DNA of 51,005 nt, counting the filler, from Circinaria calcarea (taxonomy: Eukaryota), in the NCBI GenBank assembly GCA_051942165.1. It is 2 parts of 2 records of this genome, joined end to end, with 100 filler letters (N's around TTAATTAATTAA, not from the genome) between each part and the next. Parts side by side here need not be neighbours in the genome. Positions count along the whole stretch, not along the records: positions 25,559 to 51,005 come from JAVECS010000093.1; 1 more part is not named here. One strand, 5' to 3'. A program made the translations under genes and the position numbers. The number at the start of each line of letters is the position of its first letter. Within the stretch, counting starts at the first letter, position 1. This document shows positions 34,626 to 46,628 of this stretch, one piece after another. Below the pieces are notes generated by a model, which searched no databases, was not told where the DNA came from, and was given only the letters and a program-made list of their open reading frames with translations.

Positions 34626-37307
34626 ATGAGGATCAAGGACTGGCGAGCATCGCTCGTCCCCCTTCCTTTACTCACTACGGTGGTCGATAGCGCTACAATT
34701 ACCATTACAGTTCAGAGGCCCGCCGAATCATGCTTGTCTACAACAGCTTTAGGAGGCGGTGAAACCGGTAGTGGTGCTCATCTTACGGATTCTGGTACCC
34801 CAACCGGATTGCCTGTCTCGAGCATACAGCTTTCGACTTCGGCTAGCAGTGAGCTTTCGACCCCTTACTTTCCAAGTATCCCCACTTTGTCCTTATCATC
34901 CATTTCGAAATCGTCCTCGCTACAGTTGGGCTATTCCTCCATTCCTTTTGTTGTCAGCACCAGTACTCCTTCACCGTCAACCTTGGACCCCGTGTCGGTA
35001 ATGCCTACAGCGGTCGCCGTCTCCAGTCTGACGAATAGTCGGGGTGGGTCGTATATCCTCGAGGGTTGCTACCAGAGCCCTGGGTACCCGTTCGATGGAC
35101 CAGTAGGGGATTTTACCGATTTGACGCCTGAATCTTGTGCGGACGCCTGCAGCGGGTATGCGTTCTTCGGTGTTGAGAAAGGTAAATACCAATCTTGTTA
35201 TTGTGCAAGTTTGATGCTGATTAGATAATAAGGTGTCCACTGCGGCTGTAGTTCTAAGTTTATGGGAGTACAGAGAAGTCTGGATTTGTGTGATACAGCA
35301 TGTGGAGGGAATCAGACCGAAGTCTGCGGATCCTCTGCATACATTTTGATATATAGGTTGAAGACTCCTACCTTGTCGGAAACTCCTGTGGTATCTTCCG
35401 CCACTTATGCACTGGACCCAACTAAAGGCCCTTCCAATTCACTCCTTGGTAGTGGTACAAGCAGTTTAGGTTCCGTGACATCCTCCTCGTCGCCGTCTTC
35501 GGGTGTCAACAGCGGTTCTGGGTTTTCTTCTTCATCTTCGGCACCGTCATCTTCGAGCATCACGAGTTCCACCTTGTCGTCCAAGTTCAATACTTTCAGT
35601 ACCATTACCTCCAGAACCGCCTCGATTTTGGCCCCGTCCGTGTCAACCTTGTCACCGTTGGTTTCTACCAGCGCGAGCTTCTCGAGTATCACGAGCTTCG
35701 GTGGATCCTCTATCTTCCTGTCTTCGTCTACCTCCACCACTTCGTCCGTTTCAGACTTGGGCACATTGATTTCAACGTCCTCCTCCTCGTCAGCCACGTC
35801 CTCAGCAGAAGTTATCACCTCCGCAGAAGTTATCACCTCCGCAGCGGTGCCCTCCTCCATACTAGTTATCTCTTCCTCGCTAGTTACTCCTTCCTCGCCA
35901 CTCACCCCTTCCTCGCTAGTTATCCCTTCCTCGTCAGTCATTCCCTCTATTATATACGCCTCTTCTACACCGATTATCTCTACAGAAATCATCTCTTCCG
36001 CAGCAGTCATCTCTTCGTTAACCGATTCCTTCTCGGCAGCTACGTCGTTCTCAGTAATTGATCCCTTCTCGGCAGTTACCTCGTCTTCGTCAATCGACTA
36101 TTCCTCGGTAGTCCTTTCCTCGTCAATTCTCTCCTTCGGAATAATCACCTCCTCCCTTTCAGGCATCTCCTCCTCGCCAAGCATTACCTTGCCAACAATC
36201 TCTTCCTCGCCCGGCATTATTTGCCAACAATCACTTTCTCGTCAATCATGTCCTCCACAGCAGTTACCTCCTCTGCCGCAACCGACTCCTCTTCTTCATC
36301 TTCAGCTTTTACAGCGGCATCAATCACTGGTATGTACTTCATTCTCCTCGGTCACTCCATTCCCTACCACTACTTTAGACATCTAGATCTCTCCAATTTA
36401 TTTCCACATTGGAAACGCCGTTAGACATATCGTACCTATTTCGTACGGCACCCTACCTCCGATTGCTAATCTGCCTATCTCGCCTTAAAAAGCAGTCTCG
36501 GCTACATTGCCCGTTTCCGTAGCGGCTACCGCTGCCATCCGGTTGTCAACCCCAACAGGAATTATCGTATCAGACCCAATCAATCCCATTGACCAAACTC
36601 AAAAGCAAATCGAACTTCCATTTACTATATCCTTGTACACACAGAGCAGTATAAGCATTACTGTCACTACCAATGGAGTAAGTTAGATCAGCCGGCATAT
36701 TCATTATGGCAGGAGATTGATGAGGGTTTTAGCTACTCACTATCGGCGGACTCGATCTCAATGGTGTTCCATCAATTCTCGAAGGTGCCACAGATAACCT
36801 GGATATCTTGAAACTTCCTGCCCAAATCCTCAATCCAGGAACAGCTTGCGTCTGGTGGGAGCATTTGTATATCGCGGCAAACACAAATCAAGGGATTTAT
36901 TACCAGATAGACGGTCTTAACCCGCGGACGCTGTCAGTCGAGTATCTCCTTTCGGACGCCAGTGGTATTTTGTACCAAGCCATCGCTACCTATCAGGAGA
37001 ACATACCCGGTGTGATACAGATGTATTATTTCACCGATGGGGATCATGGTGTAAATGCAACTGTTGGGGTTCAGGGCACCGTTCTAAGCGGCAGTAAGTG
37101 ACGCTACTGTTTCTCTATAACAAAGGCTAACTTCGATTGACAGTCACGGGTGCGCTGCAATTCGATACCTCTCGAGGTCTTGCTGCCGGACTATCTTTGT
37201 CATTCAACACTAATCCGGTGCTACTGAGCTTATTTGGCACACAGAAAACCAGCAACTTTAATTTGAATTGTTATCCACCGGGAAGCTGGCCAATTGGGAT
37301 ATGCTAG
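34626..37307 (+). CDS. secreted WSC-domain, Ser/Thr-rich protein with C-terminal beta-rich domain (one apparent frameshift at ~36219)
   Basis: Signal-like N-terminus; WSC motif EGCY..LTPESCADAC..FFGVEKG..CGC..CDTACGGNQTEVCG; long Ser/Thr stalk; further exons encode IELPFTISLY..VTTNGLL..ACVWWEHLYI..NATVGVQG. Confidence 0.7.
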
Positions 37308-37600
37308 CGGATTCTATAGGTTCTGTATATCTGCATCTGGTCTTGATGAGGTGTGGTAAATGGGGCGGCAGTGCGTTGACATTGGCGAATACGAGGAAAG
37401 GCAACTCTGGAGCCAAGGCGTCGAGAAGTGTATAAGCTAAAAACATAGAAGTTTGGTCAAATGGATTTTATATAAGAAAACATGGGAATTTGGTTCGAAG
37501 ATCCTACCGCACCTTGATATGGGCAGAGTGCAATCCCCCCGACCCTATTCTTCCTTTTTGACCTCGGAGTATCTTTCTCTGAATATGAATAACGCATCAT

Positions 37601-37678
37601 ATTTGATTCACACTTGAATCGCATTTGATTCCCATTTGATTCCCATTTGATTTATATTTAATTCCCATTTGATTTACA
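37601..37678. repeat. 11-bp degenerate tandem repeat (atttgattccc)
   Basis: atttgattccc atttgattccc atttgatttat atttaattccc atttgatttac. Confidence 0.75.
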
Positions 37679-38899
37679 TCTTATTCACATTTTATTCAAT
37701 CAATCATCCAAAGGGTTCATCTCCCACCGAACTCGCCCCTCTGCTTTTCCTTTTCCTTTTCCCTTTCCCAATAGACGACAACTTGGCCATTCCCTCAAGT
37801 CACCAGACCTTGATGATTCCCACTCATAGTACGCCGGAGGGTTACCGTTATATATGAACATTCTCTTGATATTTGTCGATAGGAAGTCAAGCCACGCGGC
37901 TAACAGAATTTCTGGTAGGAATACTTAATTAGTCGTATCGAAACTTAACTCTTACCTATCTACTCTCTAACAATCGTATATAGCCGATACCCGCCACAAA
38001 GGGGTTCATATAATTATGTAGTTTATTAACTCGATTCTCAGCGCATTGTCCAAGCCAAAAACCCGAAAGTCTTTTCTGCGGAAGTTTCATGTAGCAGTAC
38101 AGCGCTTGCAGCAACCGTCGACCACCAATCCGCCAACAACCGTACCTCCTATAATTACACCACGAATTAGGAAGGAGAAGTAGCAGGATGAGTCAGGTCA
38201 GGAGAATTCAGATGATGAACCAGTCTCAAGATAAAAAAGAAAGAGACGGGTCGGTATTTTTGGACATTCTTCGGGGTCAGGGAATAATGACTCCGAAGAA
38301 GAACATCGACGAGAGGATCTCCAAGAAGATAATCTGGATGACCTGGGAAGCGATCCGAGAAGAAGAAATATCCGGAATAGCCCCAGTGATCTACAGCCAG
38401 ATCCCGCCATTGCGGGTCAGCAAACCGTTCAGAATCTAGCAGAGTAAGCTTATTTCCGTTCCCATATGGGAACGCAAATCATTAAACTCATGGCAAATAG
38501 GGATTCGAACGCGGTTCTAATGGAAATACCCTCTTACTATCTTACGGATTGGGCGGTAATCCAATTATGTAAAACTCAATCTTCTTTATATATTTTTTCA
38601 CCTTTTGAATATTCCGGCGCGTATAAGGTGTTTAATATTCACGCGGTGCTCTCTGACTACCAGTATGATAAGAAAATCCGGCTTGGGTATGTTAAACCAG
38701 AGATGGAAGGTTCAACTCATCCCAATGTCGAGGATACACGTCGGTGAGTTCTGATAAGAGCTATTTCGTGCATCTCGACAAATAGGAAGCCACGAAGACC
38801 AGCACAACTTCACATAGGCGCATCTATCAACACTGAGGTCAGGATATCCTGAGGTGACTCCGATTTCTTGGGGAAGATCATCGCATCCCAAGGATACAA

Positions 38900-40557
38900 A
38901 CTACTGATGTGCGTTAAGCTATCGATTGGATCACCAGGAAAACCTTTTATCAACTTGCATGGACACTTTGAATTCGTCACTTAGAGTCGCGGCTATCAAT
39001 CATGCTAGTTGCAACTACCAATGTTGACGTCAATGTCTGTGCACACAAAGTCATAAGTAAATGAAGAAAAGAGGAATGCTTATGCACGGATTCTTTGAAT
39101 TTATTCATCTCCCTTCATTGGCAGATTCAATACCCAGTATTACTTCACTGCCAGTGATCCTAGGACACTTAACACGTAGATTTTCCCGTGGCTGGTAAAG
39201 CTCGTTGATCTCCATCCATTTACATTATCTTTATAGGTCTTTCACAATCTTAGGTGTTATATCTTTTCTCATTTGCATGCAAGCATACACTCATATATAT
39301 GAGAGACAACCCTATTTAGTCCTTCTCATTCTTGAAGTTCGAGGATGACCCTCTGTCCTTTTCAGCCAATATGCTGGACCGTCTGGAGGCACTGAGATCA
39401 GGTAGACAGGTAGACCCCCCACTGAGCGGGAACGAAAAGACTTTGATGGCCGGCCTCATCGATGCTCAATGGAGTATAGGCCATTTGGAAGAGGACATCA
39501 GCAATGATAGTCCTCGAGATCTCCGTGCAATGATAAGGCAGCTGATGGAAGTAGGAGTTGGAGAGAGTGATCAGGATGCGTTGATGCGCTATCGCTACAA
39601 ATTGAAAGGACAGTTTGACGAGGCACTTCTTCACTTACAACGGTTCTACGCCCGGAACTCCAGGATAATCTTCGTCACAGCAGCAACATCCGCAGCAAGT
39701 TCCCTGTAACAATGTTGACGACACACCTTGATTGTGAACGAGGTCACCCAAATCAAGGAAGGCGAGCTCGTGGCGTGTGTGGCAAGACTGCTCCCATGGC
39801 TGAAGAAGGTCGTCCTACTCGGCGACCCAAGACAGCTCCCGCCCTTTGTCATTGACGAAGAGCACAATGAGTTCCCCAAGACAGTGGGAATGAGTGGTAT
39901 GACTAGACTAATGGATACCGAGATCGAATATGTTGCTTTGAGGGTGCAGTATAGGATGTGTCCTGACATTGCAGAGTTTGTGAATATTTCGTTGGATGAT
40001 GGAAGGCTAATCAAACATCCCAGCGTATCCAATGGCCGGGGAAAGCAATCTTTACCCGGTTTATTAGCAAATATCATCGCACTCTCTCCCCGAGACAAAC
40101 ACTCTTCTTGCACCTTCCTTACCCCCGGCTGTGCCGAACAAAGCCAAGTCGCTCCCTCGTTAATCGTTGGTACTTGGAAGCCATCGCTCGGGTTTTCAAC
40201 GATTTACTCGATGGCGGAGCCAATCTGTAGGAGATCGCCATCCTCAGCTTCTACGCCGCATAGGTGGAATGCCACCGTGCCGTCAAGAGACCTGGAGTGC
40301 AGCTGCCGACTGTCGACACTTCCCAGGGAAAGGAATGCCGATTCGTGGTCCTCGACACCGCAACTCCAGGAGGATCAAGATACAACCTTGGATTCATCAC
40401 GAACACCGAGCGGATGCACGTTGCTCTATCGAGAGCAAGGGATGGACTAGTGATGGTCGGAGAGGAGACGAAGATATTGGCAAGCATAGACGGGATGACA
40501 GTATGGGAGTACTCTGTGACACTCCGGTCAGACATCATGATGGTATCGGTTCTATAG
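38900..40557 (+). pseudogene. Upf1/Sen1-like superfamily-1 helicase remnant
   Basis: IIFVTAA, LIVNEVTQ (degenerate motif II), VVLLGDPRQLPP, LRVQYRMCPDI, IAILSFYAA*V, TVDTSQGKE, RMHVALSRARDGLVMVG. In-frame stops at 39707, 39716 and 40261 plus frameshifts. Confidence 0.8.
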
Positions 40558-40718
40558 GAGGGCCGAGGCTCGAGGTTGACGCATAGCCAATACTTCAGAG
40601 GCTCGACATCTCGGGTCAGCAATAGAAGTTCGTACCGCAGAAGCCCAGGAGTTAGTTATATAGGCAGCTTTTGAATATTTGCAGATGACCAACTCAAAGA
40701 CAACATCTAACGGTCGAA

Positions 40719-40810
40719 TGGTATAAAAGGGTTTACCTTTTTTCTTTCTAAATGGTATATATGAGTTTACTATCCCCTCTTTTCTAACTGGTATATAAGA
40801 GTTTACTTTC
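40719..40810. repeat. ~35-bp degenerate tandem repeat x3
   Basis: tggtata..a.g(a/g)gtttac cores start at 40719, 40753 and 40789. Confidence 0.6.
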
Positions 40811-42023
40811 GCCGTGGCTTTCCACTTTCTCCTTAGTCATTGGCAACTTTAAGCCAAGTCCTCTGCATATAAGAGATAGTTCTTAACTTCTCGATCACCA
40901 ACACCACTGCCAATCCCCCCCTTTCAACAGCTTCGCCTCTCGCGGTCAGAATGTCTTCGGTCGCCATTGCCACGGAAGGGGCAGTGCAGGTAATAAAAGT
41001 ATATCCAACATACGTCCTGCTTCCAATGCCAGCTGACATTCACTAGGTGGGAAATCATGATTACATTTCCGATTTATATCGAATTTCCAGCCAGACGAAC
41101 ACCACCTCTCCTACGTTCAGCATCCCTAGTCTCCGACCGGGCACGAGGAATGTTGTCTTCACAGATGGGATGGTGACCTTTCAGGACTAGACTGGGCTTC
41201 TGTAATTATGGGAGGGCCCTCTTGTGGCCGAGTTGGACTGGACGAACCATGCCTAAAGAAAATGCACTTGAAGCAGATTCTGGCGTTTGTGGTCCTGTGT
41301 CATTGCTATCCAGACCTTTGTGAGTTACCATCTTTGTGTTGTAAGATATGGTTTCTACTAGCTAACTTCTTCCAGATCCTCTACGAAGTGACTAGGACAG
41401 ATGCCTGGTGATGCGATGGTGGTGCAGATGGAGGATGGATGGGAATGAGTTTTTTTTTGGGCTTAACCTAGCTTGACTGGAGATGAGATTTCTCTTTCTA
41501 CATAGGTTTACTTCCAATCACGTCCTGCTGGGCGGGAGGACCTTCCAGGATACATAGGGCAGATATGGGACTGTTGGCGCTTTAGCGTTGTTGTAGTGGA
41601 TGGAGGAGAATGGGAATGAGATTTAATAGCATTAATACGGGGAGGCAGTTGTCGTTGGTTCTTCTTAGTTTGCGTCCAGTCAAGTCCCTATTGGGCAAAT
41701 CTCAATGATTTAGGAGATTGTTGGATTGGATTAATAGAGACCCTTCCTATGCACAGTTATCATGTTCCAATTGTGCTTCGGTAGTCCACACGATCTGTGT
41801 GATTCTGTACTGTGGTCGCAGGTATAACAGATGTTAGTGTGATTGTCTTGAAATAACCATAGAAGGCCCAAACGACAGTTTGATTTCATACAGAAGGACG
41901 GAATATACACCGGAGGATGCCCTCCATATTACACCTCTTTCTGACAAGAAAACACCAAGCCTTCGGTGAATATACCGGAGTTGGTTGAAACCCGCGCTAG
42001 CCACAGCAGTCACTTGGTTTCCC

Positions 42024-42116
42024 CATACTAATTCTCGTCCACACAAAATTTCCTTCATACTAATTCTCGTCCACACAGAATTCCTCCATACTAATTCTCG
42101 TCCACACAAAATTGCC
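42024..42116. repeat. 31-32-bp tandem repeat x3
   Basis: catactaattctcgtccacaca starts at 42024, 42056 and 42087. Confidence 0.9.
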
Positions 42117-42953
42117 TGGGCATAGCCAGCGAAGCCTTTCACCGCGGAACCTTTCTCGATTTCAGAACCTTCACGTTCAGCATCTTTACTTTAATGCCAT
42201 CACTTCAGTACTTCCACTTCATGATTTTGTTTTGCGAGTCCATGGTTCATCATATCTAGTTCTCGGATTAGGTCTCTTGCCTATCTGTATTACCATCATC
42301 GGTAAGAAATACACCCAGCTTTTCATTCCGACCCTCCCGATATATATTTTGCCCCGAAGATGAAGCAATATCAAGTTGATGCTTTGCTTGGAGGAGAAAA
42401 CCTGTTCCCATTTTGGCCAGAGGTCTTTCACCATCCTCGTCTCCTTGGACATCATATCCTAAGGGCTCAAGAGGGGGAAAGCGGAAGGGAGGGAGTGGGC
42501 AGCATGGAAGGAGAGGTATATCTTGATGACATTTCATTCGAGGAACAGACCAAGATGATGGACAGGTAAATAAGGAGGAGATAGGTCAACACCAGCTAAA
42601 CACAAGAGAAAAGAGAAGAAAGTCCTAGGAGGGATGGCGCCGATATAGATTGTTGCTTATGCAGCTTCACCTTCCACCTGTCGCATATGTCTTTTAGCTG
42701 GCGTTGCATCTTTTGCACTCTTATGAGCGGCGCTCTTCTCCTTACAAGTATGGGAGTAGATATCCAGAACCTATGAATACGTCCCGAGAGTCCGAAGGGT
42801 AGAAATAGGAGTGTGCAAGTAAAGTGTATAAAAGAAGAAGCGAAGGAGAAGAAGGGGAGTAGTAACAGAAACCGCACAGGAGCTGCGAAAGCAATTTAAA
42901 ACGCATAGAGAATGAAAAATACTAGTCAACGATACATTGCCATATGAGTTATA

Positions 42954-43028
42954 TGGAGGCGGTAATTTTAAAGTTTCCGCCTCCACATAATTTGCTAAAG
43001 GTGGAAATTTTAAAGTTTCCGCCTCCAC
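42954..43028. repeat. two tandem copies of a 32-bp near-perfect palindrome
   Basis: Copies at 42954-42985 and 42996-43027 of the self-complementary consensus tggaggcggaaactttaaagtttccgcctcca (2 and 4 mismatches). Confidence 0.85.
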
Positions 43029-43927
43029 CTAAAGTCGGTAAATTACGACTGCTCTCGGACCGCACTGTAATCCTCGACCACGGTAATTTCCATCCCGGCT
43101 CGAAACATCCCATCACGCGCTTGTGCCCCGAAAGCTAAGAGCTAGGCTTGATAGTACGCCAAGGGTAATGGAGGGTCACCACAAAGTACGGGGCACAATC
43201 CAAGCCTGAAATGTCTGCGTTGCCATGGAATATGCAGATGACCCTAGGCCCATCAAAGTCTCTACAAAAGCGTCTTCTTTCCACCACTTTCGCCACCATG
43301 ATCTCGATACAAGGCAGGGTGAGCAGAGGTCGTTGTCAAATGTTACAGTATGGTACTGGAGGACCCCGCAAACAGGAATCATAGCTCGTCGAATATCATT
43401 AAATCTGGGACTTATAAAAGTCCTGTTTAAGAAAATCTATACCTAGGAAGTGGGAACGGAGCACCCTTCATACACTGATTGTCTTTCATCGGCAACGACT
43501 TTTGCACACCGGCTTCGATAGTCAACTCCAGAACAACACCCCCAGTGAGTCCACCGATGCGTTCACATCAACCATGACGACGCCCCTGGAGTCCCTCAAC
43601 AATACAATTCCCAGGGCAACAGCAAAGCCTTGGGCGTGGAATACGCTAGCTGCATCCTGCAGCTGCCTTCTTTCGTTGAGACTACTCGGGATCTGTCGCT
43701 GACGGAGTTCGAGTCCCAGAACGCTCTCACAGCGTTCGCAGCGGATCTCAAAGGGAACGCCAAATCGGTGACAACTTCGCCAGCTGGTGGAGGAGCTGTA
43801 ACTGCTACGGTCGCGGCCATGATGTATAGTACGCAATCTTTCGTCGTGTCCAACACCCTGAAACTCCCATGAATCCAAAACTATTTCTAATATTTTTCAA
43901 TCATTTGATCATTGCGTCAAACTCCTT

Positions 43928-45595
43928 CTAACTTATCCTTGAGCGTTTCGATCCCGCAAACTCAATCATTTCCTTCTCTTCGGCTGGTACCGACTCCCAT
44001 GCATCTCTAGCTGTAATGCGTTGCCGCACCTCTATCTCGAGCATTCTCTGAATAACTTCCGCGGTCTCTTTTAGCTTCGATTGCTGGAGGCTCTGAATCA
44101 CAGCTTCCAGACGAGTGAGGCGGTAATCTCGGACGTTTCCTTGCCCATCGATCACCTTCTCTTGCCCGACCCAATCGTCTTTCCGGGAAATGAGTTGGTA
44201 GAGTGATAGGCCCATTGCCCATACATCAACCGCGCAGTTGTAAGCCGTGCGACTACGGCGGTACTTGAGGTCAAGAATCTCAGGGGCTAGGTACCAGGTG
44301 GTGCCTTTGTAATGATCCATGGAAGTCTGCTCGAATGTGGAATGGCCAAAATCGAAAATTATAGCATGTGGAGGGACTAGAGATTTTACACCCATGTTCT
44401 GTGGCTTGAGATCGCGGTGCATGATTTTATTCTCGTGGATCCACGTCAAGCCCTCGAGATACTGTCTGCATATCTTTACGCGGGTTTGGTCACCGAGATA
44501 GGGTAATAGAAGGATGCTATATAGCTCTCCATACAAAAAGGGCTCATATATGATATATGTTTCTTCGACTTCTCGTCCATTTCGGATAATTTCGCGAATA
44601 TGACATATTCGAGGCTATTACTGGTTATTACGTTGTCTTATCATTGAAGCATATAACTATACATGATGATACCCTCTATGAAGGACGTCCAAAGTCCTTA
44701 TTTCACATGCAACGGTAGGATCGTCTCGGCTGGCCTTTTTCATCTTCTTTACGGCGACAAATTGACCAGTAGCTTTGACGATGGCTCCAGCCACCATAGC
44801 ACTCGTACCAGCAGCAAACGTCCCCTTGATCGTATAGTCCTTCAACTGTATATCAGTGTCTAAACCTAAAGGACTAACGATTCCTGAGAACTTAAAGTCT
44901 GCTTCTCTCAGCTCAGCTTTCATAAAGTGTTCCAGATCTTGTTTGTAGATATCTTCGTCGAGCTTCTGATATTCGAAGTCATATTGCAGATCTCCTATGG
45001 AAATGCTCGCAGGTTCTGTCAGAGCTCTAGCAGCATCTTTGAGCCTGACTGTACCAAAGGAGCCAGAAATGGAAATACTCCTGGGGCCAGCGCAAGCCAT
45101 CAGGCAGCCTGTATCACGATGGAGGGAAAATCGCACATGCCTGGCCCCGACCCTATACATCCCTTGCTTTGGAGTGAGCATCAGATCAGCGGCCCCGTCC
45201 AACCCACTTAGACATCTAGTTCCCAATATCCATCCCAAGCGTGGATTTCTGGGCAAGATTTTCAGATCCAGAGTATAATAACCATTCCATAAACGCAAAG
45301 GTGGCGATGGCGCTCTCACCCCCTCCCCGAAATCACTGAGTTCACTAATCCCGTTTTCCTCACCGGCCTTCGTAAAGCGTAAGAAGTTGTAGGTATGGGT
45401 ATATTGGTCGGGGTCGTGAAGAATTACCTCAACCACTTGGCTAAATGCTAAACGAGCGAGGCGATTGGATGGAATCAATCTCGCAAACTCGCCTTGAGGT
45501 ATATCAATGTCGGTCGAAGCTGGAGTGTTGGCGGCTGTGATTTCAGGGCAATCTGGCTCCTGATTAGCCAATGGTGGACCGGTCATATGTGACAT
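43928..45595 (-). CDS. FHA-like domain + Ser/Thr protein kinase, ~539 aa
   Basis: FHA-like GWILGTR..VGARHVRF..ISIGDLQYDFEY. Kinase motifs FVAVKKMK, CEIRTL, MHRDLKPQN, IFDFG, GTTWYLAPE, VDVWAMG, RQRITA. A phase-0 intron 44662-44615 joins the two ORFs. Confidence 0.85.
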
Positions 45596-45875
45596 ATTTG
45601 AGAGTTCACAATTTTTGGAAAATGTAATCGCGCACACGACGATATAATAAGCGCTGACTCCGTACACGCGCTTAACGCCAGACATCTTGGCATTGTATCA
45701 AGCCATTTCATCATCTGATCTTGCCTACACATAAAATCAACAAGCTCTGTGATGGTGCACTGGCGTAATTCATCTTAGCCCTTCGTTCCCACTCGAGAAC
45801 ACGCCATGCCGTAAGATAGGATTCGATTCCGGTGACCTGCAAAACATCCAAGCATCTTCGGCCTTCCCCGCTTAT

Positions 45876-46628
45876 ATGGAAGGGCGTACCAGACCATGCT
45901 CTGCCTCAACTTCACCGTATCCTGTTCTGGAAGGCAGTGGTGGGCTCAATACTCTCGAGGCTGCCTTTGCGCTCCGGCTTGAAAACGCGTTATGGGCGAT
46001 CCTAGTAACGGACGAGGAAAACGCAAAATCTGGTAAAGACAGAGAAGCGAGTAGACAAATGAAGTCGGTACAACAGTTAAGCTGGGACGCATGGGGCAGT
46101 CCGACTGGTTGGGCCGATGACCCGTATGACTCCTATGTCTCAGCTTCCAGCTCCCCAGACTATCGACCATTGACAACCATAACCCAACCGACTGCCGGCA
46201 ATGGACACTTACACCGTTCTCCGCCTTCAAGCCAGGCCTCATCTTCTTCGCTGGCTGATATGTTGAAGCCCGGTGCTTTGCCGCTTCCTGTCGAGTTTCA
46301 ACTTCCCAAGCCGTCTTCATGGCCATCGAAACGTAAAGCTGAGGATGAACAGGACGGCGAAAGGCTAAGCAAAAGAAGTCGGCGGACTCCGACTGGCACA
46401 TCGTGCAAGGCTGTAATAAACATTAACGAGCTTACTCCCCCGTTTACACCATCACCGCGTGAGACCAGTGGTGCAAAAGCTGCAGTGCATGGCGATGAGA
46501 ATCTTGCCGAAGCCATAGTAGGAGTCGCGCAGAGCAAGGATCTACAGGGAGGATGCAGGAGAAAGAATCACACAAAGACTATAATGGCAAGCAGAAGAAG
46601 TAAACGACTACAAAACCTACCGCCATAG
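45876..46628 (+). CDS. hypothetical disordered, probably nuclear protein
   Basis: 250-aa ATG ORF, Ser/Pro-rich, bipartite NLS-like KRKAEDEQDGERLSKRSRR, C-terminal RRSKRL; divergent from the kinase gene. Confidence 0.55.
   Translation: MEGRTRPCSASTSPYPVLEGSGGLNTLEAAFALRLENALWAILVTDEENAKSGKDREASRQMKSVQQLSWDAWGSPTGWADDPYDSYVSASSSPDYRPLTTITQPTAGNGHLHRSPPSSQASSSSLADMLKPGALPLPVEFQLPKPSSWPSKRKAEDEQDGERLSKRSRRTPTGTSCKAVININELTPPFTPSPRETSGAKAAVHGDENLAEAIVGVAQSKDLQGGCRRKNHTKTIMASRRSKRLQNLPP

Noticed and set aside
35405..36010. 201-aa Glu-rich minus-strand ORF
   Set aside because: Antisense shadow of the Ser-rich (TCN codon) stalk of the WSC gene.
37480..37550. tRNA-like GGTTCGAA box
   Set aside because: No cloverleaf stems or A-box could be built around it.
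42024..42116. 22-bp repeats as a mini-CRISPR
   Set aside because: Linkers are only 9-10 nt and similar to one another; this is a tandem repeat.
38900..43028. Helicase plus hairpins as a Helitron
   Set aside because: The motifs are Upf1-like rather than Pif1-like, there is no HUH Rep domain, and no correctly spaced hairpin-CTRR end was found.
43150..43900. Overlapping short ORFs downstream of the FHA-kinase
   Set aside because: GC-balanced and possibly a gene relic, but no consistent frame, splice model or motif could be supported.
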